Assembly (NCBI RefSeq): GCF_001194135.2
Contig: NC_069000.1
Location: forward strand, 5,142,493-5,206,492
Direction: 5' to 3'
Length of the DNA stretch: 64,000 bases
Source: Octopus bimaculoides
Taxonomy: Eukaryota
The notes below the pieces were generated by a model. That model was not told where the DNA came from and ran no database searches. It saw only the letters and a program-made list of their open reading frames with translations. The position numbers and the translations under genes are program-made. This document shows, piece after piece, positions 1 through 12,910 of this stretch; position 1 is the first letter of the stretch, and the number at the start of each line of letters is the position of its first letter.

Positions 1-262
1 AAGCACCGTTGGTTAGTCTCTTTGAACGCAATTAGATATTAATCAACCCCAAACTCCCAGATCTATTAAAGTTTGGCAATAGTTTGAGTTAAAATACCAC
101 GTTGTTATTTATTGCCAAGGAAACTAACTACTAACAGTTGATCTTGGTAAAACTAGTTTAATATCATAACTTTCGTTTCGTGAAGAGGGGAAAGGAGTTT
201 ATTTATGGAATAAGATGACTTTTAATCAATATTATATCATATTATATAACATAATATAAACA

Positions 263-530
263 CAGGCTTAGCCATAGCTGTGTGGTAAAACGTTTGCTTT
301 GCGAACTACATGGTTCCGTTTTCAATCCCATTACGTGGATACTTGGTGTTTTCTGCTATAGCTCGGCATCAACCAATGCCAAAGGAGTGGAATTAATACA
401 GGGGAAACAAAAAGCAGCCCATGGAATTTCGGTGTTTATGTTTGTGTTTGTGTGTGAGCGAGACTCTTTCTGTTTGTCTCTCACTACCAATTAGTCGGCG
501 TTTGTATGTCCCTGTAAAAATAGCAGTTCG
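263..530 (+). mobile_element. tRNA-derived SINE type A, diverged
   Basis: Head GCTGTGTGGTAA...CATGGTTCCGTTTTCAATCCC (A/B boxes); body matches the copy at 31832-31986; TG-rich linker and 3' part. Confidence 0.8.
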
Positions 531-532
531 AC

Positions 533-683
533 CCCAGTGCGTAACTGGTACTTTATTTATCGACCCCGAAAGGGTGATAGGCAAAGTCGACCTAGCGGAA
601 TTTAAACTCAGAACGTAACGGCAGACAAAATACCGCTAGGTATTTCGCCCGGCGTGCTAACGTTCCTGCCAGCTCGCTGCCTT
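533..683 (-). mobile_element. SINE type B
   Basis: Reverse complement of the copy at 7808-8015 (GAGCTGGCAG..GTTAGCACGCCGGGCGAAAT..GTTCTGAGTT.AAATTCCGC..GTCGACTTTGCC). Confidence 0.9.
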
Positions 684-1278
684 TTTCTGCCAGTAGCTTA
701 AAGGGATTCTCATAGGCTGCAATAACCGATATACTCTTGAGAGTATACAAACACCGCGAATTGGATTCGAACGCGTAAAATTTATTTCACAATTCACAGT
801 TAACATCAGTCAGATTTTTCGAACCACTTAACGATTGATGTGAGTACTTTAAAATGTTAAATTGAAAAGTTATTATTCGCTATAAAAACAGCCACGTTAA
901 ACCACTACATTTGCAGCACCTTTGATTTTCACTCCTCGTGTTCTCACTTTAGTTCTTCTCTATCAATTATGGAAATGGCATTTTATAACCCAATATGATT
1001 TCCTATTTTGCACCATACATATTCAGCTTGTGTGTTCTTTTATTTAGTTATTTTTTTATATGTGTGTCACAAAGGTGGAGTATAAAGAAGGATACCATTA
1101 AAATGGCGGATTATAAATCACATGGTGATGTGTTTCACGTTCTTTTTTTTATTTTCTTTTGTTTTTGTTTTCTTTTTTTCTTTTTAATTCGGATAAAAAC
1201 GGAATATATGAAAAAAAGAAAATGAACAAACGCCCGAAACGTAGAATTGTCATGAAAAGAAATTATATAAAAATATAA

Positions 1279-1285
<7 letters not shown>

Positions 1286-1323
<38 letters not shown>

Positions 1324-1327
1324 TACA

Positions 1328-1404
<77 letters not shown>

Positions 1405-1422
1405 CTGTGTGTCTGTGTGTCT

Positions 1423-1464
<42 letters not shown>

Positions 1465-1810
1465 TATGAATGCTTATAGATCTTTGGGTGCGTGTATATG
1501 TCGGCGGGAAATAATAACTATTATAATGATGATGATGATGATGATGATGGTGGTGGTTATGGTGGTGGTGGCCGTGTTGGTTATAAGATAATTAATTATG
1601 ATAATAGAAAATAACAATAAAAACAATAATAATAACAGTAATAGTAATAACAATAATGATAAAAATAAAATTAATAAAAGCAACAAGAACACCGGCACGA
1701 CGACGGCGAGGAATACTACCACCACCACCACCACTAAAAACAACAACAACAAAAATAATGATAATAATAATAATAATAATAACAATAATAATGATAATAA
1801 TAATAATAAT
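1286..1810. repeat. Compound microsatellites (TA/CA/TG, then GAT/GGT/AAT/AAC/ACC)
   Basis: Directly visible; explains the ORFs at 1135-1904. Confidence 0.95.
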
Positions 1811-2044
1811 GCACTGTTGTGTAGATATATTTTCCTTGCTTTTATCATTTAAATATTTTTTTTTTCTGAGTTGCCAAACACACTTCAAACACATTGAATT
1901 CTGAAGAAAAACATTAAAAATAATTTCTTGGAGACACAGACAGAAGAATATCTTTGAAAAGTAATTCCAACCTGTAGAGCCTCTTCAATACCATTTCTGT
2001 TATTACAAGAACATTGACTGCCAAAGGCTTACATTCTCTAAAGC

Positions 2045-2473
2045 GTATGTATATATGTATGCATTTATGTATGTGTTTATGTATGTATGTATGTATGTAT
2101 GTATGTGCGTATGTATGTATGTTTATATGTCTGCTTGTGTGTATGTATATACGCAGGTATGCAGGAGGATGTGTCTGTATGTGTGTGAAAGTCTCCATAT
2201 ATGTGTATATATGCGTATATCGGTGGACAATTCTTCAAATCAGATTATATTTGATATTGCCTACTTCTTTCTTCCTTTCTTTTAATATTTATACATACAA
2301 TTTCTGATTATTTCCCCTTTATTTATGTATACATTTCTTTATGTATGTACTATTCCGTACTTCTTCTCTGTGTGTGTGTATGTATATTTGTGTACCCATG
2401 TGTACGTAGCTTTCATTTTGACTTTTGCAACGTAACGCTATGTATATGTGTATCTTGGTTGTCCATTTATCTT

Positions 2474-2523
<50 letters not shown>

Positions 2524-2599
2524 TGTGTGTGTGTGTGTGTGTGTGTACACATATATGTATATATAAATACATGTCTGTATATGTGTATGTATGTACCTG

Positions 2600-2645
<46 letters not shown>

Positions 2646-2780
2646 CGTCTATATTTCTATATTTCTATCTTATTTTACCTATCTGCATATTTATGTGTCC
2701 ACCTAATTATAAATCTGTATGTATATACTTACATATATATATGTATATATATATATATATATATCTGAGAAAGCTAGATT
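2045..2780. repeat. (TATG)n/(TA)n/(TG)n/(TATC)n microsatellite field
   Basis: Directly visible. Confidence 0.95.
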
Positions 2781-3327
2781 ATCTGCGTTTGTGTATGAAA
2801 CATTGAATGATAGAGGTAGAAATAGACAAAAAGTAAAGAGACGAGATTATATGTATGAGAGATAAAGCGTGAGAGAGAGAGAGAGAAAGCGAGCGAGACA
2901 GAAGCTGAGAGAGAATCGAAACACCTGTATATGTATATAAAAGCGTGTGCAGGTGATTGTATTAAAATTTCTGTATATACTTGTGGGTGTGCCACCACCT
3001 CAGAAACATCTCATCTTTGTCTGAAACACTTCCAATGTCATTTCAAGTTTTTTTCTTTTACTGTGAATGAATTTGGAAACATTTATGTTTTCTTTTCATG
3101 AACTTCATTCAGTGAACTGACTGTGGTTTCGGATGATGTAACCTGTGTCTCTAAATAGCTTACACTTACTTCATATGGTAATTACGTCACTCTTCTCTCC
3201 AATATATATTATAGATATAAAATATTTACTGTCCGTCGAAACATCCTTCCGTTTGTGCAGCTCATGAGCTGCCGCGAAGTGCCATAACTTTTGCCGTGCA
3301 ATACCATTAGGCATGCATAATTCTTAC

Positions 3328-3447
3328 ATATTGAGATTAAGGTGCCGTGTCCCACCAAAGTAATGCATAGTGCAACTCTTCTCAAAGAAAGAGATCTTCC
3401 CTCCAAGGAACAGAATGAAGTAGAAAATGGTTTTATTCTAATTACTA
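3328..3447 (-). CDS. Candidate 120-nt internal exon, unknown product
   Basis: Acceptor TTCTTTCTTATTCTCTCCCTTTGTTTCCAG, donor AT|GTAAGA; one open frame (phase 1-1) VIRIKPFSTSFCSLEGRSLSLRRVALCITLVGHGTLISI; no family recognised. Confidence 0.2.
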
Positions 3448-3619
3448 CTGGAAACAAAGGGAGAGAATAAGAAAGAATTTACAACTTACGTCGTTTAATA
3501 TACAGCATAGTTTAATTCCAGCTACCATTAGTCTCACCCTATGGAATTACGATAAATCTCACATATGTGTATATATATATATAAAGGCAAGCAGAGTTCG
3601 CAGTTATAGTAACCAACCC

Positions 3620-3720
3620 GTGGCTGTTATAGAAGACATGTCGAATGAGCTATGCAGTGGGGTGAACCAGGAACAATATGGTTAGGCAATAAACATCTTA
3701 CCATACAGCCTCTATGAGCT
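3620..3720 (-). mobile_element. SINE type A 5' part, diverged
   Basis: TATAGAAGACA..GCAGTGGGGTGAACC.GGAAC.AT.TGGTT..CTTACCA.ACAGCC is the reverse complement of the type A head. Confidence 0.7.
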
Positions 3721-4454
3721 CAGGTCAGACCTGATTGGAGAAGTTTTTAATCAAAGTCATACCAGCCACAGATATCACTATTTTCTTTTATTCTGTTAGA
3801 TTATGGTTCGGTTTTATAACGAATTTAACTGTTACTTGCAACTTATTGATTAACGACGTTATTAAGCTTCCCATCCGTTCACAGAACCTCAACGTATTGA
3901 AGCAAACTCCCTTCACTTCATACCCTACCAACAGTTTGGTTTTGTTTCCTTTTTATAAAAACAAACTAATCCTAAACGCATTGCATAGTATAATCCTAAA
4001 AGCATTATTTTTCAACAGAAAAACAAGAGCATATAAAACCTCAATAGAAGCTACCGCCCTCGCAATGGCACCAGTTTAAAACGCAAATGATAGTAGATTA
4101 TATGCTATCAATATTCCCATTGTTATACAGAATCCGGCCATGGTGCCAAAGCGTCTGTATCCTACAAGTCTCTTTTATCTAAACTGACAACAAGAATATT
4201 AAAAGAAACATTTCAACATTGAACTTTGCGCCTTCTTTACAATTTTCGATGACATCTTTTCATTTGATTTTCTTCGTTTTTTCTAGTAATTTTTCTGTTT
4301 TTTTTTTAATTTTAGTTAATCATTTTGTCAATCAATATATTTTTTTAGGTATCATTTCTTCTTATTTTTTAATTTCCAACATTTTAATTTTAATTTTTTT
4401 CCACAATGTATTCTGTTTTCCTAAAAGTAAATTGTCATTTTTCTCTCCATTGCA

Positions 4455-4580
4455 TTCTTCTTCTTCTTCTTCTTCTTCTTCTTCTTCTTCTTCTTCTTCT
4501 TCTTCTTCTTCTTCTTCTTCTTCTTCTTCTTCTTCTTCTTCTTCTTCTTCTTCTCAGTAGTAGTAGTAGTGATTGTAGTA
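4455..4580. repeat. (TTC)n followed by (TAG)n
   Basis: Directly visible. Confidence 0.95.
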
Positions 4581-4581
4581 G

Positions 4582-4720
4582 TAAGGTGGCGAGCTGGCAG
4601 AGTCGTTATGGTGACAGACAAAACGCTTAACAGCATTTCGCCCGTCTTTACGTTCTTTTGTTTTTCTATAAATTTGAACTATATATAAAATTTTCGGATC
4701 TTGTGCCTACGGTAGAAAAG

Positions 4721-4722
<2 letters not shown>
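4582..4722 (+). mobile_element. SINE type B, internally deleted, followed by (TATC)n
   Basis: AAGGTGGCGAGCTGGCAGA head; TTTTCGG..CTTGTGCCTA.GGTAGAAAAG tail; centre missing. Confidence 0.75.
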
Positions 4723-4756
<34 letters not shown>

Positions 4757-4975
4757 AACTTATGATAGTCTTACTGGTTTGGTTTTTCTATATAAAACAT
4801 TGCTATCTCCGATTCTCTTTTATGTAACTAATTCATAAAACAACATCAGTCTTGGGCGCGTGTCTATGCGTGTCCCCATTTAATAAACGAATGCTCACTT
4901 ATTGCCTGCAGAGACAGAGCTTCTCTATGTCATAAAGTGTGCAATATAAATAGACGTTCATTTCGACATAATACT

Positions 4976-5119
4976 CTAGGTCTCTTTCTGCATGAGTGTG
5001 CGTATTTTCATGCTCTTCCTGTAGCGTATGGGTGCGATTCTGATAGTTCGATATGATGTTATGGGTTTTGAAATAAGTGTATGTTCTTGTTCAACAAAAT
5101 CACTTCGACGCCAATCGAA
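4976..5119 (-). CDS. Candidate terminal exon, weakly F5/8 (discoidin)-like
   Basis: Acceptor ATACTTCTTTCACAG; FDWRRSDFVEQEHTLISKPITSYRTIRIAPIRYRKSMKIRTLMQKET*; similarity judged by eye only. Confidence 0.2.
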   Translation of the reverse strand, partial: FDWRRSDFVEQEHTLISKPITSYRTIRIAPIRYRKSMKIRTLMQKET

Positions 5120-5411
5120 CTGTGAAAGAAGTATTTCATTCGCCAGTCAACCATGTAACTTGACAATACACAGCTATATATCAACATTTCTTGTAATGAT
5201 TAACAGGCACAATGGCATAGTTAGTCTTCATCAACACCCATCATCTGCCGCCAATCTCCCGTCGAGTCCCCGTCTTATACTCACCCAACAACCGACCCGA
5301 CCTCGACATCACATCTACATATGTTAGTGTATATGTTTTCTATGTCTGGAAGCATAGTCACCGTACGTTTACATATAAACATACAAACATATGTATGTAT
5401 GTAAGTATGTA

Positions 5412-5442
<31 letters not shown>

Positions 5443-5685
5443 GCATACATACATGTATATATGTATATATTTATATATATGTATACCTGCATATATACAA
5501 GTATATATGTATGTAAATATATATAAATGTACATATGCATATATATAGAGATGTATGTATACACACATATGTGTAAACATCTATGCAGACATACGCGCTG
5601 CTGTTATTAACTAATTCCCATACACACACACACACACACATGAAAGCAGTCACAGTTTCAGCATCATACATTCACNNNNNNNNNN

Positions 5686-5746
<61 letters not shown>

Positions 5747-6185
5747 CATACACACACACATATATATATATATATATGTATATATACCCATACAGATATA
5801 CATATATATACATATATACATATATATGAACACACATACATATGTGTACACCTATCTTCACTTCAATTATGATTTGTTGTGACATGTTAACTTGTCTTTT
5901 ACTAAAATCTATCTTGTGATTCTTTATTATTCACAATTCATTCATTTCCGCTTGTTTTTGTATTTTTGTTTATTGTTGTTTCTGTCTTATTCTATCCCGT
6001 CTCCAATTTTCATTTTACCTTGGGTCAATACATCATTGTATTTCGTAAAAGAATCAAATCAATTTTGAAAAATATTTCTCTTCTCATTTTACTTCTCCTT
6101 GTTTCATATATACATACTTATAACCACTCACCCACATGCATATACATATACATAAATACATACGTACATACATATATACATACAT

Positions 6186-6218
<33 letters not shown>

Positions 6219-6656
6219 CATACAGACACACACACACATATATATATATATACATACATACATGTATATATATATATATATATANNNNNNNNNNNNNNNN
6301 NNNNNNNNNNNNNNNNNNNNNNNNNNNNNNNNNNNNNNNNNNNNNNNNNNNNNNNNNNNNNNNNNNNNNNNNNNNNNNNNNNNNNNNNNNNNNNATATGC
6401 ATAAGGGTGTATATATATATGTCTCTCTATGTGTGTGCGTGCGCGCTCTTTGTATCATCAATATTTTTATTTTTCTGACAATGATTGATTGATTTTTAGA
6501 TTTTTATATTTCTCGTGATTTTTTTTTCTTTTCTTTTTCACTCCGAAGTGAGAATACAAATTTTCTTTTCCTTTTTGGCACTCTCATATGTCAAAATAAC
6601 AATACTAATAATAGAGAAAAAATAACAACAAAAATAACATCAACAATGATAAAAAT

Positions 6657-6690
<34 letters not shown>

Positions 6691-7367
6691 GCAATAATGA
6701 TAAGAAAACGAACAACAAAAACAACAGCAAAAACAATAATAATATTAATAAGCATAATATTGATAATAATAATGATTATAATCATGTCGCAGAAAATATG
6801 TTTTCCTTAGAAAAAAGTTATCGCAGACGTTTCAATAAAAAAGCATAACATTGTTTGACGAAGTCAAAAACAAAGACCGACAAATGGAAATCTATTTTAT
6901 GGAATAAAACTAAATGTCATTGTTTAATATTACTATTGCGCCTTTTGTTCTTTTTATATATTCCTTCATTTATTTTATCAAACAAGAAGTGTGATTCGCT
7001 GCTATTTCTACCATTCAGAGTGGCTGTACAGAGGCTCTGTCAATGCTCTTCTTATCTGGAAAGGTGGAGTTTTCACGTAGCATACATACGCACTCGACCC
7101 CCCCCACACACACACACACACACAAACGCCCACACAAACATATATATATTAGAGTGTTACTCGCCATTCGTCACCTAACTATAGAAGAGTACTTTTGTCA
7201 TCATCGTTATTATTGGGAAATATGGCATACATATAAAATATTAAATAGCTTTTTATCTAATTTCCTTCTGCTTATATGAAAATCTAGAAATGAATGCTAC
7301 GTTTTAAACGAAAAAATATTTAACATAGAATAAATTAAAGTAAAAGAAAAAAAAGAAATAACTCACG

Positions 7368-7652
7368 TGGAGTCGCAATAGCCCAATGATTAGGGAAGTG
7401 GCCTCGTGGTCGTAGAATCGCAGTTTCGATTCCCAGACCGGACGTTGTGAGAGTTTATTGAGCGAAAACACCTAAAAGCTCCACAAGGGTCCGGCAGGGG
7501 TTGGTGGGGAAACCTGTTGTACTTACTCACCACAGCTTTCTCTCACTCTTTCTTCCTGTTTCTGTTGCACCTGTGTTTCAAAGGGACCAGCCTTGTCGCA
7601 CTCTGTATTACGCTAAATCTCCCCGTGAACTACGTTAAGAGTACACGTGTCG
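7368..7652 (+). mobile_element. tRNA-derived SINE type C, near full length
   Basis: GGAGTCGCAATAGCCCAATGATTAGG (A box), GTTTCGATTCCCAGACC (B box), followed by a non-tRNA body. Confidence 0.8.
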
Positions 7653-7807
7653 GACTCTTACGCAAATTGTTAGAAAGAATTCAACACACCGCAGATTTCA
7701 GGAATTGTACATATATGTATATGTCTACATATATAGTTTTGCAGCCATGCATATACACAGAAAGGTACACACGTACACACGTATATATATCGTCAATATT
7801 CAATGAT

Positions 7808-8015
7808 TGGCGGAAGCGTTAGCACGCCGGGCGAAATGCTAACCGGTATTTCGTATTCCTTTATGTTCTGAGTTCAAATTCCTCCGAGGTCGACTTTGCC
7901 TTTCATCCATTCGGGGTCGATAAATTAAATACCAGTTGCATACTGGGTCGATCTAATTGACTGGCACCCTTCCCCAAAAGATTTTGGTCCTTGTGCCTAT
8001 AGTAGTAAAGAATAT
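7808..8015 (+). mobile_element. SINE type B, near full length
   Basis: A-box-like TGGCGGAAGCGTT, B box GAGTTCAAATTCC, central GTCGACTTTGCCTTTCATCC.TTCGGGGTCGATAAATTAA, tail CCTTGTGCCTATAGTAG. Confidence 0.9.
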
Positions 8016-8339
8016 TCATTGACATAAGGGTGGTGTATGGATGTAGCGTGTTTTTGTTTTCTTTTTTGGTCATAATTTCAGTATTTGTTCATAGTAAATC
8101 CGGGAAGTTAACAACATCGTTAGCAAGCAGTGTAAAAAGCTCAGCATTATTTTGTCCGATGAAGCTGAATCAGCCTTTGGGGAACGATAAAATGTTGACC
8201 AATTGAGCACTGAGGTCAACGACCCCGACTTAGCATCTTCCCTGAAACTGAAGGCCCTATGTCAAAATTTGAAAAATTATTTATTCATGGTATACCATCT
8301 TTTCATTTCTGCTACATAATGTTTCAATTTGTGCTAAAA

Positions 8340-8525
8340 ATCACTGTCAAATCTCCTCTCACATATGTACTACATTTTTAAGAGAGGAGGAATATATTTA
8401 AGAATGTACTAGAGATATATTACCTTCTCTAAATAAAGAACATAGAGATTAGATTGCCATGGCTGGCAGAAATATGTTTATAAGTGATCTGGATCAGGAT
8501 TCACCCGAGGCGAAACAAGAACAGC
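8340..8525 (+). mobile_element. SINE type E 3' tail fragment
   Basis: CAAATCTCCTCTCACA...CATGGCTGG...GATCAGG..ACCCGAGGC.AAACAA; related fragments near 9120-9220, 54685-54790 (-), 57370-57530 and 59395-59520. Confidence 0.55.
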
Positions 8526-8780
8526 AAATGTACACGTATATAAAGAGATTCCCAGCTGAGAGAGGAAATGTTTAAACAGATTATTTCCGCCTGATTTTTT
8601 GCGAATTGATAATAGACCCCGTGGCGTATGGTTGTTGTATATTTGATATCTTGTTTAAAATACTGCTTTGCTATACTTGTTACTCAAAGATAACTATATG
8701 CATTAATGTTCTTTCTGTATATCATACAACCTCAAACAGACTTAATCTTTGCTACTTTGGATCCGGAAATATATTGCAAC

Positions 8781-8865
8781 CAGATTATATCATGGAAAGT
8801 TTATAAAGAAGATTGACCATCCCTCGTCGTCGAATTTTAAGATTATATTTCCATGATATAATCTG
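8781..8865. repeat. Perfect 18-bp inverted repeat with 49-bp spacer
   Basis: CAGATTATATCATGGAAA (8781-8798) and TTTCCATGATATAATCTG (8848-8865). Confidence 0.9.
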
Positions 8866-9269
8866 AAATTTTAGAAAAAGAAATTTTGTAAGAATGTAGA
8901 ACATATTCAGTTGTTGTGCATCATTCGTCCATTACTTTAAAAATATGAGTTACTGGATAATCTAATTACGAGTAAAAATAATTTGTGAGAGCCGCGTAAT
9001 CTATCCTAAAGCAATCTATTCTTCATACAGTATAGATGTAGATTTAGGAACCACTATTTAAGTGTTTCGCTCTTGAGCTGCTATAAATAAGAAATATAAC
9101 TGCCTGGAATCGTTGCCTTGTCTCTAAAAAAGGAAGGAATTTATGATATAGTCCTAAATAGATTTTGTAAAATACTGCATTGTTATAGCTGGAACAATTT
9201 CCATCATTGGTCTGATCAGATTATAATGCTTTGTGACGTTACAAAACAGCATAAACAACAATTTGTTTT

Positions 9270-9420
9270 ATCTACAGCCAACGAGGAAATCATTCCGCCT
9301 TTGCTGGTTCAAGTAGAAATAACAAGTAATTCTTCCTCACCTCACCCAAAGTATCCTCTACAAAATTTAAGATATACTGAAAAAATTTCTTCTCGCTACA
9401 GAGCCTACAAACACATCAGG
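9270..9420 (+). mobile_element. Possible CR1/Zenon-like LINE 3' remnant
   Basis: NEEIIPPLLVQVEITSNSSSPHPKYPLQNLRYTEK then shifted NFFS loosely fits the EL..LIPP...TR...HP...RT...SFF pattern. Confidence 0.3.
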
Positions 9421-9537
9421 CTGAGATGAGAGAAGCAGTAACAACTACAGAAATAAATCCGAGAATCGCTGTAGTCCCATATAAACTCTATAAATATGTC
9501 TGTTCCAGTTTTATGAAAGATAATAATGAAATCCCTG

Positions 9538-9590
9538 AAGGTGGCGAGGAGGCAGATTCGTTAGCACGCCGGGCGAAATGCGTTGATAGG
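9538..9590 (+). mobile_element. SINE type B head fragment
   Basis: AAGGTGGCGAGG.GGCAGATTCGTTAGCACGCCGGGCGAAATGC. Confidence 0.75.
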
Positions 9591-10464
9591 GTCAATTGGT
9601 GCACTCATCGTCGCAAACGATGGAGTACCGGTATAATAAGAAAATACAAAATATAATGACATGTAATTGTTTCGGATTGAGGTAGAAAGTCAGTAATTTT
9701 CATCGGAGGGATGGAGTGGATTACATCTATTTCTGTACCTCATGGATACTTTAGTTTATCGATCTCAAAAACATGAAAAATAAATGAGTTCACGATTGGG
9801 TTTGAACGAAGAGCGTAAGGCGGTACTTTGTTCGACACACCAACGAATCTTTCAATCCACAAGTCTTTTCTTATCTGTGTACAATTATAGCTGTTCGGTT
9901 CATTTCCACAGTCACACAATACATTTACATATAGCGAGAGTGAACATGAAAGGTGAACATGAATGCTTGGCGGAAAGCAAAGAGTTAAATTACTCCCCAA
10001 ACGCAGTGAAAGAGAAACAGTCACAGAAGAAGAGCAGGGGGAGGAGAGAGAGTAAATGAAAGAGCAGTTAAAAATGAGTCATAAAAAATGAGACATTAGC
10101 TTTTAGTTTGTTTTTTTTTCTTTTAAAGATAATAGATATTTTCTGTTGAAAACTAGTATTCATTTCATTATTCTGTATATGCACCAAGAGATTTGATAAA
10201 AATTAAAATATTATTATTGATTGTATACCATATACGTTGATATTACCCATGACGGTTACCTGTGATATGGAAGCCAACGCTATTTGAATTATATCATCTA
10301 TGTACTTCATGAACAATTTACAGAAAATGGCACAAAAGAACAGATAAAATAGCGCAGATTAAAACCAGGAAGATCGAAGTCAGAGGAAAGTTATGAAGTT
10401 ATCCTAGGGTAATACACAACAAACTATTCCACACTTTAGGTGCAGGGTCTTCCAAACTTCAGAA

Positions 10465-10567
10465 TTCTGGGTTCAGTCCCACTGTGTGGCATCTTGTGCG
10501 AGTGACTTCTAGTGTATGTTTGGGCAGACTAAGGCCTTGTGGATTTGGAAGACAGAAACTGAAACGG
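10465..10567 (+). mobile_element. SINE type A fragment
   Basis: GGGTTCAGTCCCACTGTGTGGCATCTTG..GCCTTGTGGATTTGG..GAAACTGAA. Confidence 0.75.
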
Positions 10568-10689
10568 GGGAGTTCTGGAAAGTTCCTGGCTTTCGGGAAA
10601 GAAAATAGAGGTGAATCAGTTAATTATGATTTTATTCGACATATTTCACACACATATCGTCATTGCTATTTATATCATCACCAACTAAA

Positions 10690-10850
10690 TTCTTCTTCTT
10701 CTTCTTCTTCTTCTTCTTCTTCTTCTTCTTCTTCTTCTTCTTCTTCTTCTTCTTCTTCTTCTTCTTCTTCTTCTTCTTCTTTCTCCTCCTCTCCTCCTCT
10801 ATACTCATCATCATCATCATCGTCGTCATCTTCCTCATCATCGCCAAACA
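10690..10850. repeat. (TTC)n then degenerate (CCT)/(CAT)n
   Basis: Directly visible. Confidence 0.95.
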
Positions 10851-11969
10851 CATGACGTTCAGTATATTCCGCCATAAAGACGTCGATCCCCAACAACAGC
10901 CGACAGTACCTCAATTGCCATAATTCTTCACTCACTGCTCTCTTTTTATGAACATGGAGTGTAAAAATCCAGAACATTGAATGAAAGTATTGTTTCATTT
11001 TAAGCACTGTCGATTGTCACATTTTGCGTCAAGCATTCACATTGTTCTTCATCTTATTCCAAGTCGGTAATACAAAAGATCAACCTAGAGGCCGTGATCA
11101 TTTTCTTCCATCACGATCTCGTTTACGTTCTGAGAACAACCAAGCGAAGGGCGTATTTTGTCATCTTCTTGTTAATTAATTTTGCTTTTCTTTCTCTCGT
11201 GATGACTGACTACTGCACAAAATGTCTAAGGCACACTCTACATTTATTTATTTCTTACAGTGTAAGACTAATACTTATTAACTTGCATGTTTAGTCTTTA
11301 TATTTTCGTTGCTGCGTTCCGGATACATTTAATTCCGTTCACTGGATTATTTATCACAACGACTTAGACATCTGATTTATCAGATAAATCTCAAATCGGA
11401 TTGCGCTGGATCTATAACCATCGTTGTTGTCGGTGATGTCAATATTATTCGACAAAATAAAATACCAGTCAAGCAGTAAAGCTGATCGTATCGACTGACA
11501 CTTTTCCTAGAAACCTAACGTCATTGTGCCTCAATTATTATTTGTTCATGGGTGACACCCTCTCCCCCACACTGGTCGTGGATTTTGTTAACGCTTTTTG
11601 TTTTGGCGGGGGGGGGGAATCATTATTGTTTAATTGTTTGCACATTCCGACGTAAATCACCGACGTCATTTATATTTCTTCTGTCCTAAATCGATGTGAC
11701 CGAGAGAGAAGAATTGTCGTTCCGGTTGTTAATCTGGTAACAACGATGACAGTAGCTTCAGTTAATTGCTAGTTTTAGAAGAATGATATCAAAGGTCACT
11801 ACAGTTGTTTTCGTTATCAGAACACAAATGATTGAGAAAATTAAATGCTGCACAGTGGGTTACCGATTCTAGGAACAATTTACTCCTTTCGCATGTCTAC
11901 ACATGTTGAGGAAGGAATTGTTTAAATCAGATAGCGATGCACGAACCAAGGAATCAATCACTAGATGAA

Positions 11970-12004
11970 TTAATCAATCAATCAATCAGTCAATCAATCA
12001 ATCA

Positions 12005-12058
<54 letters not shown>
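11970..12058. repeat. (TCAA)n-(TCTA)n
   Basis: Directly visible. Confidence 0.95.
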
Positions 12059-12059
<1 letters not shown>

Positions 12060-12910
12060 CACTTGGAGAAACGGTCGAAATCGAAGCAGACCAAGCTATA
12101 AATAATAACGTATTCATAATGGATCCACTGGATCCTGAACAAAGATATATAACAATAGGACAAAAACGGGGCTTGAAATAGCAGCTACGCATCTATACCA
12201 TTATGCCATTCTCCTTTACAAAATAACGAAGGGAGACGCATTTAATTAATGCAGTCTTTTGTAAAATTAAGTCTGAATAAACGAAGGATTCCAGTTCAGA
12301 AGTGTTTTGATCTGAATACCGTTCAATTAGTAATGGTGATGGTGATGCCGATGGCGGTAAAAGGTTTAAACAAGAATAACAACAATAAGAAAAACGACAA
12401 TGAAAACAGCATCAACAATGCCTGGAAATGTAGAGACGATCCATTAATAGAATGTCAACGTTGCAATAGAAATGAAATTAAAAGTTATTCAGGCGTGACT
12501 GCGGTGGCTTCGTTTTGATAACTGTTCGAATGTGAAAATGATGGAAGTATGATGGGAGATATGTGTAAGATATCAGCGAGAGATTTTGAAAGAGAAGGAG
12601 GAGAGGGGAGGAGGAGGGGAGACGAAAAAGAAGAAGAAGAAGAAGAAGAAGAAGAAGAAGAAGAAGACGCTATGAAGAATGCTACTACCCATTTTTTCAT
12701 TCATTCGCAGTCTTTCTCCTACTCTCGCTTCTTCCTTATCTCTTTCCTTATCTCTTTCTCCCTCTCTTTTTTTCGATTGTGGTGGAAACCCATGCCCTGC
12801 GAGGGATGGGAACCCTAATAACGACGCCGACGCCCGAGTAAGTGTGGACAAGAAGGCCCCTTCTACAATAACCGATCATTGGATCACACCATGTGAACCA
12901 CCCTCGTGGA

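Noticed and set aside
730-747. Palindrome TATACTCT-TG-AGAGTATA
   Set aside because: An 8-bp stem is expected by chance in 64 kb of AT-rich DNA.
3735-4170. 114-aa plus ORF, and a minus frame with a sugar-transporter-like GTMAGFCITMGILIAY
   Set aside because: The minus frame hits a stop right after the motif; the resemblance is too short to trust.
7368-7445. tRNA-like sequences here and at 51455-51532
   Set aside because: They have A/B boxes but continue into SINE bodies; they are not tRNA genes.
10678-11007. Acidic ORF ...GIDVFMAEYTERHVFGDDEED...
   Set aside because: Acidity comes from TTC/CAT repeats; no splice or domain support.
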